A program made the translations under genes and the position numbers. A DNA stretch of 64,000 nucleotides from Isurus oxyrinchus (Eukaryota): positions 79,670,001 through 79,734,000 of the forward strand of contig JANJGN010000021.1 in assembly GCA_026770705.1 (NCBI GenBank), written 5' to 3'. Below are positions 41,401-53,400 of this stretch, one piece after another. A model generated the notes under the pieces. That model did no database searches. It saw only the letters and a list, made by a program, of their open reading frames with translations, and had not been told where the DNA came from. Position 1 is the stretch's first letter, and every line of letters begins with the position of its first letter.

Positions 41401-44400
41401 TGCCCCTGCTTCACTCCTGCCCTTGGATTGCCCGCATGTTACATTCATTTTCCCATGCAGGCAAAGGGGGGATGAACAGAATGGCACAACAGATGTGGTT
41501 TTTCACCATGAGAGCTAAAATAGCTTCACAATGTCTGCTTTGTCAATGACATAACCCAGGCAAGACGCCCACAGTGACTGCTGGTACAGGACTCCAGTCA
41601 TGGGGCCCATTTGTACACCTACAAATGGCCTTTATATAAATGCCTAAAAGTATGGAAAAAATTATGTTTTGGTTCTAGTATGTTTGTTCTCGCGATGGGT
41701 GGAGGCGTATCCCACCCAACGAAATGATGCTGTTATTGTTGTAAAATTGTTGTTACATGAATACATACCCAGATTTGGGATACCAGAGATTTTATCAAGT
41801 GATAATGGACCTCACTTTACCGCTAAATTGATAAAGGAACTGCTGAAGGCCTTACAATGCAACCATCACCTTTCCTGCCCATACCACCGCCAGTCTACTG
41901 GGGCGGTGGAAAGACAAAATGGTATTCTGAAAAACATACTAGTTAAATTATGCAAAGAAACTGGTTTGAAATGGCTTGAAGCTCTACCCTTGGCACTCAT
42001 GACTATGCGCTCTCACCCTAACTGTACCACCTCCCTTTCCCCTCATGAAGTTGTAATGGGACAACCCATGCGCCTCCCGGTGGCACCACCTTTGTCAGCC
42101 AGGGAAATGGACATCCACACAATGGATGAGGGAATTATACCTACTGTATAGCGCTTACTAATTCTCTCAAAAGCTTGCATATACAGGTAGTAGAAGCTCA
42201 GAAAAACCCACCATTGAAGACTGTCATCAATACCAGCCCGAGGACCTAGTCCTGGTTAAAAGGCCTTCAGAAGAAAGAACTGTTTGGAACCTCGATGGGA
42301 GGGGCCTTTCCAAGTCCCACTCCCCACCCATACGGCCGTGAAGGTTGAAGGACGTCCCTTGTGGATCCACACATCACATGTCAAGCGGACGCTGACCTCG
42401 GATGGAAGTGTTTGTGCAGGAACTTTAACTGAGCCATCAGAATGTGGACTCTGATTTGGATCCTGTCCTGCATGGTCATTGTGGGGGCATGGACTACCAA
42501 TTCTATGGTTCAACGAATGCAGGCCGTAGCCTCGCAAGTTAATTGGATTAAATGTTGGATTTTTACTCATTTTCCTGTTAACCCTTCCTCCTCCAAGATG
42601 CATTTTCTGGCTTTCACCTCAGATTCCATTTGGTCCCTAGGTAATACAAGGGCCATCATCCATCAAGCGCCCGTTTGGAGATGGGAGCCCACCTTTGTGG
42701 TTGTTAAGGGGGAGGCCTGGCTATGCATCAGGAGAAATTATACCAAGGGTAGTACTCGGGTGGGCGAGCTGCCATTGGGGTCCTGTGCCTACCTTGCTGA
42801 TTATAATTACTGGGAAAGCCGATTCCGGTTCCACAACCAGTCTGGTCCTATGACTACCTTTTGGGAGTGCAAGGCCAATGAGGTGATGTGTCTTTCGCAG
42901 GCCCCGAGATCTGAGGATAGACTCACATACTTTAATGGGAGTGGGTGTGATTGCCAATGATCATACAATCTCACCTTAAATAATTCCACATCCACCTGGA
43001 GTGCTACTGGCTACTACACTGAAGGATTTGGGCCTTGCAGCTACAAAAATCAGTCCGGTTGCCCCGACTTGTTGGCTCTGCGAGCATTGCAGCTCAGTCA
43101 GACCTGCTGCATCCACTGGTATGACCAGACGAACTCCTCTTTTGTCTGGGACCAGCTCAGCTTTTGCCAAAATTCCACTTATTGGTACCCTACCCTTGTT
43201 CACAATGGCTCATTCTGGCTCTGTGGAAACAGGGCGTACAAAACCCTCCCTGACAATTGGACAGGCACCTGCACCCCTGAGGCCTTTGCGGTCAAGAGCT
43301 TTACTATTCACTCTCTCCACAACCATCCAGGGCCTGTGAAGACTCATAAACGATCAGCCTGGAACCCGCTTGTCACCCGCAACACCGGATTCCACAAATT
43401 TGTCCGGGCCTTCATCCCAGGTCTGGTGGTCTCAGAGCTGGAAAAGGCCATTGTTAATATTTCCGCTACAATGGAACTTATTGAGAATAAGACTGTTGAC
43501 ACCATTCAGAGTCTGCAGTTGGAAGCTAAGTCCCTTTCCAAGGCTGTCCTCCAGAACCATATGGCCCTGGATTTCCTGCTAGCAGCGCAGAGGGGAGTCT
43601 GTGCGGCCATTAATGAAACATGTTGTTTCTGCGTTAACAAGGGCCAGAGGATTAAGACTGATGTACATTTCATTCAGGACCAGGTGTGCGTCCTCCATGC
43701 AGTTGCCCAGGAGAAATCCTGTGACTGGTGGGGGTGGCTCCCCAATATCGGTGGGTGGTTTGGGGGCCTTTTCAAAACCCTCCTCAAATACCTCGTCATA
43801 GGCCTTGCCCTACTCATTGTTCTGTATGTTGTTATCCAGCTTGTCCTCTGTTGCATCCACTCTGTCTGCCGACTACAGAACCTTCAGAGATCTGGTGGCA
43901 AACAAGCTGTCCGTTCCCTCCCTCTCCTCAGGAATCAGGACCCCACTGAGGATGAAGCCCGGCGACTTGGATACATCGAACTTGGCTAAGGGTGGTGGAT
44001 TGTCCTTGTAGGACAAAAGGGGGGCAAGTGTGGTGGCCTAGACAACTATAGGGAAGCCATTTAGTGCTAACAGGGTTAATGGAGAAGTTAGAAGTTGAAT
44101 TATATGCGTAGGCCAAAGAGAAAAATACTGCAACCTTGAGAAACAATACCATCTTGTCTGACCACAGTTGTAGGATGAGCCCTGAGACATTCCATTTTGT
44201 TCTTTCTCAGGCCGACTGTAATTGGAATCATGGTAAGCATTTAAGTAAGCGCAACATCTGTTGTGCTGGGAACGAATATTTACTACCTCATGGATTGGTC
44301 AGTTAGCTTATGCAAATAAGTGGATAGGTTTGTGCAAAATTAACTGACTGGCTGTAAAAATGCTTTTAACAGGTCTGTGTGTATTCTGCTACGCGACGGT

Positions 44401-47400
44401 ATTAGCTCTCGTATTATTCTCCCTTGTGCACAAGTAATAAATGGGGTTTCTATGTATTAATGATGCTTTGGTGTGATTAATCTCCTACACTCCAATACTT
44501 TTTACCATTATTATTTACCATTCTGGTTCTAATATCTGCACTCTATTACTTATATTTTCTGCCCCTTCTTGTCACACTTTGATTATCATTCGTCTTCACT
44601 ATCCTGCATCTGTTCTCTCTCATTTCTTTTTGAGTTTTTAAACTACCCTTTAATTGAACCCTCCCCCCTACTAATTAAAGTCCTATCTAAAACCCTAGTT
44701 ATACAATTCACCAGGGCACTGGTCCCAGCATGGTTCACATGAAGCCTGTCCCAACAGAACAGCTCACTCCTTCCCCAGTACTGGTGCCAGTGCCCCATGA
44801 ATTGGAACCCATTTCTCCCACAACAATCTTTGATCCACGCATTTACCTCTCTAATCTTATTTACCCTACACCAATTTGCACATGGCTCAAGTAGTAATCC
44901 GGAGATTATTACCTTTGTGGTTCTGCTTTTTAATTTAGCCCAGAGCTGCTCGTAGTCCCTCAGCAGACTAGGTGTTCAGTTGAACTGTGCTCTCAGTTAG
45001 ATGTACTTCAATGAGTGCTCTCTCATGTGTCTTTACCCATAACGGAACAATCTGCAGCCAATCAATGCACATCTGGATGTACTGTTGAGCTATCAACACC
45101 TGTGTACAAAACTCTGTCATTTGAGTGATTGTTGGTGGCATAAATATTGTACAATCATAGTTCCTCCTCCCTTAAGCATCCTGGACTCACTTCAAGATTG
45201 TGAATTCCACGTTTGTGACTTTGCTGCTGTTTTCCATGACTATCAGAATGAGTTATTTTTCCTGCTTGGGTCTTTGGTCGGCAATCAGTTGGAATATGGC
45301 CTTTCAGCAACAAAATAATTTGGCATTTCTGTACTGATATGCCTGTGCCATGCAGTTGCCCTTACAACAATAATAAGACAATAAATCGCAATCAACAGCA
45401 TTTGCTGAGACATTGTTTCCGCTAGTTGTGGAATCTAAAACACGGGGGTGGGCACAATCTCAGGATAACAGGCCGATCATTTGTACTGAGATGAGGAGAA
45501 ATTTCTTCACTCGGAGGGTTGTAAATCTTTGGAATTCTCTAACCCTAAGGGTTCTGGATGCTCCACCACTGAATGCATTTAAGGCTGGGGTAGACAGATT
45601 TTTGGTCTCTCAGGAAATTAAGGGATATGGGGAGCAGGCAGGAAAATGGAGGTGAAGCCAAAGATCAGCCATGGTCATGTTGAATGGCAGAGCAGGCACA
45701 ATAGGCTGTGTGTTCTCCTCCTGCTCCTATTTCTTATGTTCTTATGTAATCCAGAGGCCCAAGCTAATGCTCTGTGGACATGGATTCAAATCCCACCACG
45801 GCAGCTGGTGGAATTTAAATTCAATTAATAAATCAGGAATTGACAGCCTGTCTCTGTAATGGTGACCATGAAACTATCAATTGCTGTAAAAACCCATCTG
45901 TATGCAAGGAAATCTGCCTTTCTTACCTGGTCTGTCCCATGTGTGACTCTAGATTCACAGCTATGTGGTTGACTCTTAACTTCCCAGCAAGCCATTCAGT
46001 TCAAGGGATGGGCAACAACTGCTGGCATTGCCAACAATGCCCAGATTCCATGAAAGGATATATTTTTAAAAAATCTTGATATCTCCAAGGCACATTGTTC
46101 TTGAAGTGTCTTACTCAATTTGGTAGAGGGCAATAATGCAGGTGGTTCTCCTGCAGCCGTATTGATGATATTAGCTATGTATTATTAAAAGAGAGGGAGA
46201 AATGAAAAGCTGTATTTAACTTTGCTGCTCGTCGGGTCATTGAAACATTTCCTGCGTTTGATCTAGGTTCTGAGTGTCACGCCCCTGCACCTGACCATCC
46301 CTGCCACCTCCATCTCAGAACAAAGGTACAGGAGTAGGCCTTTTAGCTCCTTGGACCTATCCCATGTCTAATTAGGACTGGTTCATATATCTTGGGAATC
46401 TTATGCTTATTAATGGGAAACAGAAAGTTGTTCCTTTCCCTCACCTTTTCCATTAAGACCTCCAGGGAAATGTGAACCTGGGGCTAGGCCTTGTGATTCA
46501 TTTCTTTATTCACAAACAAATCTTCCTAAAGTGAATGTGACCTCCCTTTAGACTTTAACTGGGTCTCTGGAGGTCAAACAGATATCCCAGTTGGGGAGTG
46601 GGCAGACTGCCTGCTCCAGTCTGATCAGGTAGGCAGCCATCGAATCAATACCACTGTCTGTGTCAGTTTGATCTTCACTGTCCCCATTCACCTGAAACCT
46701 GCTCCCAGTTACAATCTTCCCAAGGGCTTGAACTATAATCTCTTCCCTCCGAAACCCAAACTTCTTTGGCTTAAATCACCAAAGCGAGGCATTGGGGAGC
46801 AAGGATATAAACTCAGCAAGTTTGGGCAGTGGGCAAGAAGCCAGAGGACAGGAAAACAGAGCTGCACCAGGTACCACGGTGGGGTTAGCGAGATAACCAG
46901 ACCCAGGTCAAGTTACCCACAGTACTGACCCACTCCAGACCCGGGGGGTGAACCCGGTCACTTACCTTTCGGTTCCAGGGTCCCGTGCGACAGGTTCTTC
47001 AACACATTTAGACTCTGTTTCATGATGGCGATGTCGGCTGAGATCCCCGCCTCTCCTCCCTGTATTGTGATGTGCTGGAACTCGGGGATCCGCGCCACCT
47101 CCTTCTTCAGCTTGAAATCCATGTAGAAAACCTCATCACCGTCCACCTCCACATCAAACTGTTTATCCGGACTCTGCTCCTGAACCACGTAGACCAGGTA
47201 ATCTTCGTGCTGGTCTGTGTGAGAGAGAGAGAGTCAGGGCAAAAAATAACTCACTGAATATCAATAGGAATAATTACTCAGAGAGAAAACATCATTAAAT
47301 CAAAAGAAACCTGGTCCAGCCGGTGTGTGAAACAGCCGCTGCCCTAAAACCTTATTTAAAAATCAAAGGTCTACGTATCAGAGTCACATGACTATGGAAA

Positions 47401-50400
47401 GCCCCAGTGCGCATCGGTTTTTATCAAAACTAAACTTAGGTATTAAACAGAAGTGAACTAGATGTTAAACGGGAATAAATGGAATGAAATATTCAGAAGA
47501 TGGCTGAGGTGTATAACAAATAAAAATAATCTGTCTCCACCACTGTCAGGCAGCATATTTCCAGATCCTACCTACTCACTGAGTAAACACATTTTTCCTC
47601 ATGCCTTTGTTGTTCTTTTGCCAATCACTTTAAATTGATGAACTCTGGTTCTCAATCTTCCTCCAAAGAAACATTTTCTACCTACTCTGTACAGACCCCT
47701 CATGATTTTGATCACTTAAATCTCCTCTTCTCTAACAAGAACAGCCCCACCTCCATCAATCTACCCTTGTAACTGAAGCTCCTCACCCTTGGAATCTTTT
47801 TCATAGATCTGCACCTTCTATAATAACTTCACATCATTCCGAAAGTGTGGTGTCACTAACTGGACACAATACATCAGTCAGGAAGGATATGGAAAAAGCA
47901 GAGTTGAAAAGAAATGACCAGGTAGCAGAAGAGAGCCTTCCAGAAGGAGAAAACATCAGTTGACCTCGGGCCAACACTATTCATCTGTGCCAACTACAGA
48001 AGGGATTGCTGCTCATGAATTGGTCTCTACAGCACAACAATGTTCAGCACAGAAGTGACAGACATCCTGGACGCAGTCCATCATCTCTTGAGACAGACGG
48101 CTACTATCAAATTCCTCTATTTATAAAGCTTCGGATCCCGTATCCCTTATCAACCCTTCTCAATCTGTCCTGCTACCTTCAATAATGTATGCACATATTC
48201 CCCCAGGTCCTTCTACTCTTGCAACCCCCTTTAAAATTGTGCCCTTTGTTTTATATTGCATCTCCCCATTCTTCCTACCAGAATTTAACACATCACACTT
48301 CTCAGCATTAAATTTCATCTGGCATGTGCCTGACCAGCCTGTCTATGTCCTCTTTCTCTTCACAGTTCACAATACTTCCAAGTTTTATATCATCTGCAAA
48401 TTTTGAAATTGTGCCCTGCACACTCAACTCTGGATCATTTAAAAAGAATCTTTGATGGGCTTTGCACTTTTCTAGCAAGGCCAGCATTTGCTGCCCATCC
48501 CTAACTGCTCTCGGACTGAGTGGCTTGCTAAGCCATTTCAGAGTCAACCACATTGCCCTGGATCTGAAGTCACACGTAGGCCAGAACAGGCAAGGATGGC
48601 AGATTTCCCTCCCTAAAGGGCAATAGTGAACTAGATGTTTTTTTTTACGACAATTGATGATTGTTTCATGGTCATTATTACTGACGCTCACTTTCAGTTT
48701 CAGATTTTATTAACTGAATTTAAATTCTGGATTAATTCAGTAACATTACCATAACGTCATAATCTCCACTTATTATGGACCAGAAAAGAAGTGGTCCTAA
48801 TACTGACCCCTGGGGAACATTCTGTCAGTCCAAAAAACAACCTGTTCACCACAACTCTCAGTTTCCTATCACTCAGCCAATTTCATACCTATGCTGATAC
48901 TCTCCCTTTTATTCCATGGGCTCCAATAAGATAATCATAGACAGGAATGATTAATCCTTGAATATTGCTGAAAAGAGAGACATGTTACCAAAACTTTTCA
49001 TCTTGCACTCATCAGGGCAAGTGCAAGAATGCCAAATTTCAAAAAATCACAGCAATTTATACTACAGGAGAAAAGACTGCCTGGCAAGTTGACTCTGATT
49101 GGCTGAGGCATTGCCGTGGAGAAAGCAACAGGGAACTATTAACTCCTCAAGCTCCTGGGTAACTTAAAAAAGGTGCAAGGCTTGAACATAATCCTTTTGT
49201 TTTCAGAGAATGCATTCCTCTGTACGCATATATGTCACTTGTAGTAAGTGCAAATGAGCCAAGTTACAAATTTGACTGATTAGCTTAAATTGGTTGTTCA
49301 TGTAGCTATGAATACACTCAGCAAGTGCTGCTCAATCCTTGAATCGCATCTAACAGTAGATGTTTTATTTTGGGTTTTGCAGGTGATATTTTTTGCATTT
49401 GTCCCATTGAGTACAAGACGAAAAGCTTCAGCAACGTATCTCCCTTTTCAGCAAATGTTCAAGTTCTGTACTACCAAGCAAATGTTTGAATACCCCTTCT
49501 TAAAAATTCTGGGCTGGACTTTCCATTTGAGGGACCCCAAGATCAAATGCTTATCCTAACCTCACACTGCCCATGTTGAAAAGATTCACTCAACAGGACA
49601 TTTGTAGGATAGGCCAATTAATGGCCAGAGGATGTGTTCAGTGTCCAATTAAAGATGCTTTGGTGCTAGGGGATGAATAAGAAACCGTCCAGCACTAAGA
49701 GCTCGGCAGCCTAATGTTACAGGTAAGGGAGAGAGAGAGGATGTCTCATGGAGCCTTCACAGCACGTTTAAAATGTATAACATAAAAACACTACAGCTGC
49801 CAGACTGATTGGTTTAAAAGCAAACTGGAACTTGCGGGAAAGTACATACCCGGGACCCAGCAAGGCCTGCAAAATTGCCAGGAGGCTGGATTGTGTCAGC
49901 CCTCTATTCTGCCACTTAACGCTCGTTAGAATGTGAAATGGCTTTGGGCATGTTGGAATCAGCAGGATTGGATTCCCCGCCGTCTCTGGATGGCAGGTGC
50001 CGAGCCCCCACCATCCTGAAAAGGCCTAGGTCTTTATCAAAGGCTTGAATTTGAGCAACAATTTGATTCCCACTGAGAACTGTTGCTTAGTCATGTAGCA
50101 CTTGTAAAATAAGCCAGTTTGTTGATTTATTTCACCTCATCTCACTGTAGTCTACTTCCAGAACATAGGAGAAATGCCCATGGGTATGGTCAGGATCACT
50201 GTATCCAATTTTATTGTCACAGCCGTGGCTCCTATCATTATATGACTAGATATTGCATCGTTAAAGGAAACTCCTGCCCTCTATTTTTGTCCCATTCATT
50301 CTGAATACATGGTTAACTGATGATCAGGGCAATAGTCATTTTTAATAATATATTTACAACCTGCACTGATATATCATCTTTAATCTGATGAAACATATCA

Positions 50401-53400
50401 AAGTGCAGCATAGAGGTAAAAGTAGGTGCATCTCCCATGCACCAAGTAGGTGGATCTCTTATGAAGCCATTGAATGCACCGCTTAATAAGAACAAGAGTT
50501 TATACCAAAGATTATATTATGCTGCTGCTGAGGAGGATTGCGTTCCTTTAAGATCACAATGTCTAATTGTTGTTAATAAACACATTCTAAGGTCAATTGG
50601 TTATACTGATGTTTGATTAGGGAACCTTGTAGGTGAGAAGTACCCAAAAATCAGGAGTTTCCTTTAACGATGCAATATCTAGTCATATAATGATAGGAGC
50701 CACGGCTGTGACAATAAAATTGGATACAGTGATCCTGACCATACCCATGGGCATTTCTCCTATGTTCTGGAAGTAGACTACAGTGAGATGAGGTGAAATA
50801 AATCAACAAACTGGCTTATTTTACAAGTGCTACATGACTAAGCAACAGTTCTCAGTGGGAATCAAATTGTTGCTCAAATTCAAGCCTTTGATAAAGACCT
50901 AGGCCTTTTCAGGATGGTGGGGGCTCGGCACCTGCCATCCAGAGACGGCGGGGAATCCAATCCTGCTGATTCCAACATGCCCAAAGCCATTTCACATTCT
51001 AACGAGCGTTAAGTGGCAGCCGGTGGGACTTCTACCCATCAATGGGAGGAAGTCCCGCCTTGGAAAGCTGCTGGCCTTGCTTGCGGCTGGGGGGGGAGTG
51101 CAATCAGGGCCTTAGGGTATGGGTTGGGGGAGGAGGTCCAGAGGTGACCCCTCCAGTCAAAAAGGGGCTTCTGATGGAGCCACCTTTCCCCACTTCCCAC
51201 CCAAGATTGAACTTTGTTTTGGGTATTCGTCCCTGATCTATGATGTACCATCCAGCCTAAAAATTGAGGCTGGGTGAGAAAAGGCCCAAAAAGACCATTA
51301 AGAGGCCATTTAAGAACCTTAATTGGGGCAAGGGTGGGCTTCCCGTTTGAGGCCCTGCCTGTCCCAGAGTAAAATCACGAGCAGGTCAGGGCAGTCAGGA
51401 ACCCAGAGGGAATCCCGTCCACGCAATTTCACACTACCCCCTGCCTCATAACCCGCTGGAGGTGGGGCAGGAGGAGCATAAAATTCTGGCCCTAGTTCCA
51501 CTTTGTAATGACTCGACGGAGCAGACAGGTTTCAACAAGAAACAGCTAAACTTCATTACTGAGAGCTTTTCCAGTGCTACATGCTCGACATTGATAACTT
51601 CAGGAAATCTGACCCCCCGATTGTCTGCACTTAGGGTTCACTGGTCGGAGCCTCCACAGAACACCATGTGACCCTTGATGGACAGCAGGAAGGGCTATAC
51701 CCTCAGTTACCACAGTAATTCTTATTGTTTGAAGGTACCCATTGTGTATGGTCTGTTTGGATCAGTGCACAGCTCTTTGTAATTCCATAAGTCTTTGCTC
51801 TAGCGCACGGCCACTGCCAATGGCCCTTTCTGCCAAATGCCTTGTAGTATTGATGGAAAGCTGAGCAACTCCTTGGTGCATGCACAAAGCCTTTCATATG
51901 TCTTGCTAGGTTCGGGTACTGTAGTAAATGCGTCAACAGTTGGGTTGTGCTTAGGACCTGTAAACTTCATCATCCTGCGAGGGTCTCTTTCTACTTATGT
52001 TCATCCTTGAGTAGCTCTTCAATGCTGTATGTTTTGGGCTTTTTTAGCAGATTTTTCTGGAATTCTTCCAAGGGAATGGAAGCGATTGCCAGCTCAACAA
52101 TTCTGACTGCTAGCTCTGCGTCTCAAAAATCACAGTGTATAGCCTTTTCTCAGCATCTACTGATGAAGTGGTCTGTGGATTCTGTAGGCTTTTGTTGACA
52201 TGCCATGAACTCTAGCCAATAAATGCAGAAATTTAACCTGATTCTGGACCAGGTTTCCAATGTAGTCCATAGATCGTAATTCTCACATATTCAACCTGTA
52301 TAGACCTTGGTTCCCAATTGCTAGGTGAGTTATTATGCTTGCTTTTCTGGATCAGATACACCTGAATCAAAAAAAACCATTGCTCTGTACACTGTTTAAA
52401 CATTCTAAATGAGGATAGTAGGTCAGCTGGATCCCAATTCAAACTGAGGGATTTTGTGGATATTTTGACAATATCCCTTTGACCTTCCTTCTCCTATAGT
52501 ACCTGAGACAAGTGTCGCTGGAGCCACTTTCACATATTTTTCTGAAGATCTGTCCACTATAATGTCATCTTTCCCTGGCCTGATTTTTAGAACATTTATT
52601 CTTTGTTTGGATGACTCTCCCTTGCTCGCTATCGATCTGGTTCACACTCCTGGTCACTCACCTTTCTTGATTGAGCTAACCCGGTGCTGGTCCTCAACAC
52701 GCTGTCCCACTCACTGAACTGTACGTGCTGCAACCTCACAAGGGAACCTTACCAGCTCTTTATTTGAGCGCTATCTCAGCACTGCGTCTTCAAAGCTTTT
52801 CTGTGCAGCAGAATGTTGTGTTTTTAACACTCTCCAATGCTGCAACTCTATTGCGGATGACCAGAATGTCGAGGGCCACCTCATACCACGTAGCACTATC
52901 TGAAACTATACACCATATCGTACCTGTACTTAATCTTGCTGCTAGGCTGAGCATTATGTCGTTTAGAGGGAATCACTGCTGTACACCATGCTGCGCATGT
53001 TATAATGATTTAAAGGCACCAATCACTAATAGGGAATTGTGCAAATACAGTCTGGGTTCATTTATTAATTCTAGGCTCATGTGAACAGAAAAAAATGGTC
53101 AGAAAGCTTGAGGACATCAGCAACAGGCCTATGTGTCTGTGTTTTGCTTCAGGCCGATGTGAAACTGAGGCTGGATCACATGATACACTTCCTTTAAAGT
53201 GATAGCATGTTGCTATCCCTTAAAGGCATATTACAGGGCATGGACAGGGTGGATAGGGAGCAGCTTTTCCCCTTAGTTGAAGGGTCAGTCACAAGGGGGC
53301 ATAAGTTCAAGGTGAGGGGCAGGAGGTTTAGTGAGGAAATTTTTTTTTACCCAAAGGGTGGTGATGGTCTGGAATGCACTGCCTGGGAGGGTGGTGGAGG

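Larger units (their letters stand above)
35757..44489 (+). mobile_element. Full-length class I (epsilon-like) endogenous retrovirus, defective, antisense in MHC IIA intron 2
   Basis: Paired TG..CA LTRs, PBS, gag (PPPY, CA, CCHC), pro (LIDTGA), RT (LPQG, YVND), RNase H, IN (SDNG, VERQN, WEGPF), env with ISD and CX6CC, and a PPT. Confidence 0.96.

Noticed and set aside
42410-42425. env splice acceptor (TTTGTGCAG|G)
   Set aside because: Plausible position but weak pyrimidine tract; cannot be supported without transcripts.
22244-47214. MHC class I, W-category, beta-2 microglobulin or class II beta identity
   Set aside because: A single alpha1-type exon with DGDE-FY-DF, no beta1 disulfide, a CALGL TM motif and X-Y boxes all fit class II alpha.
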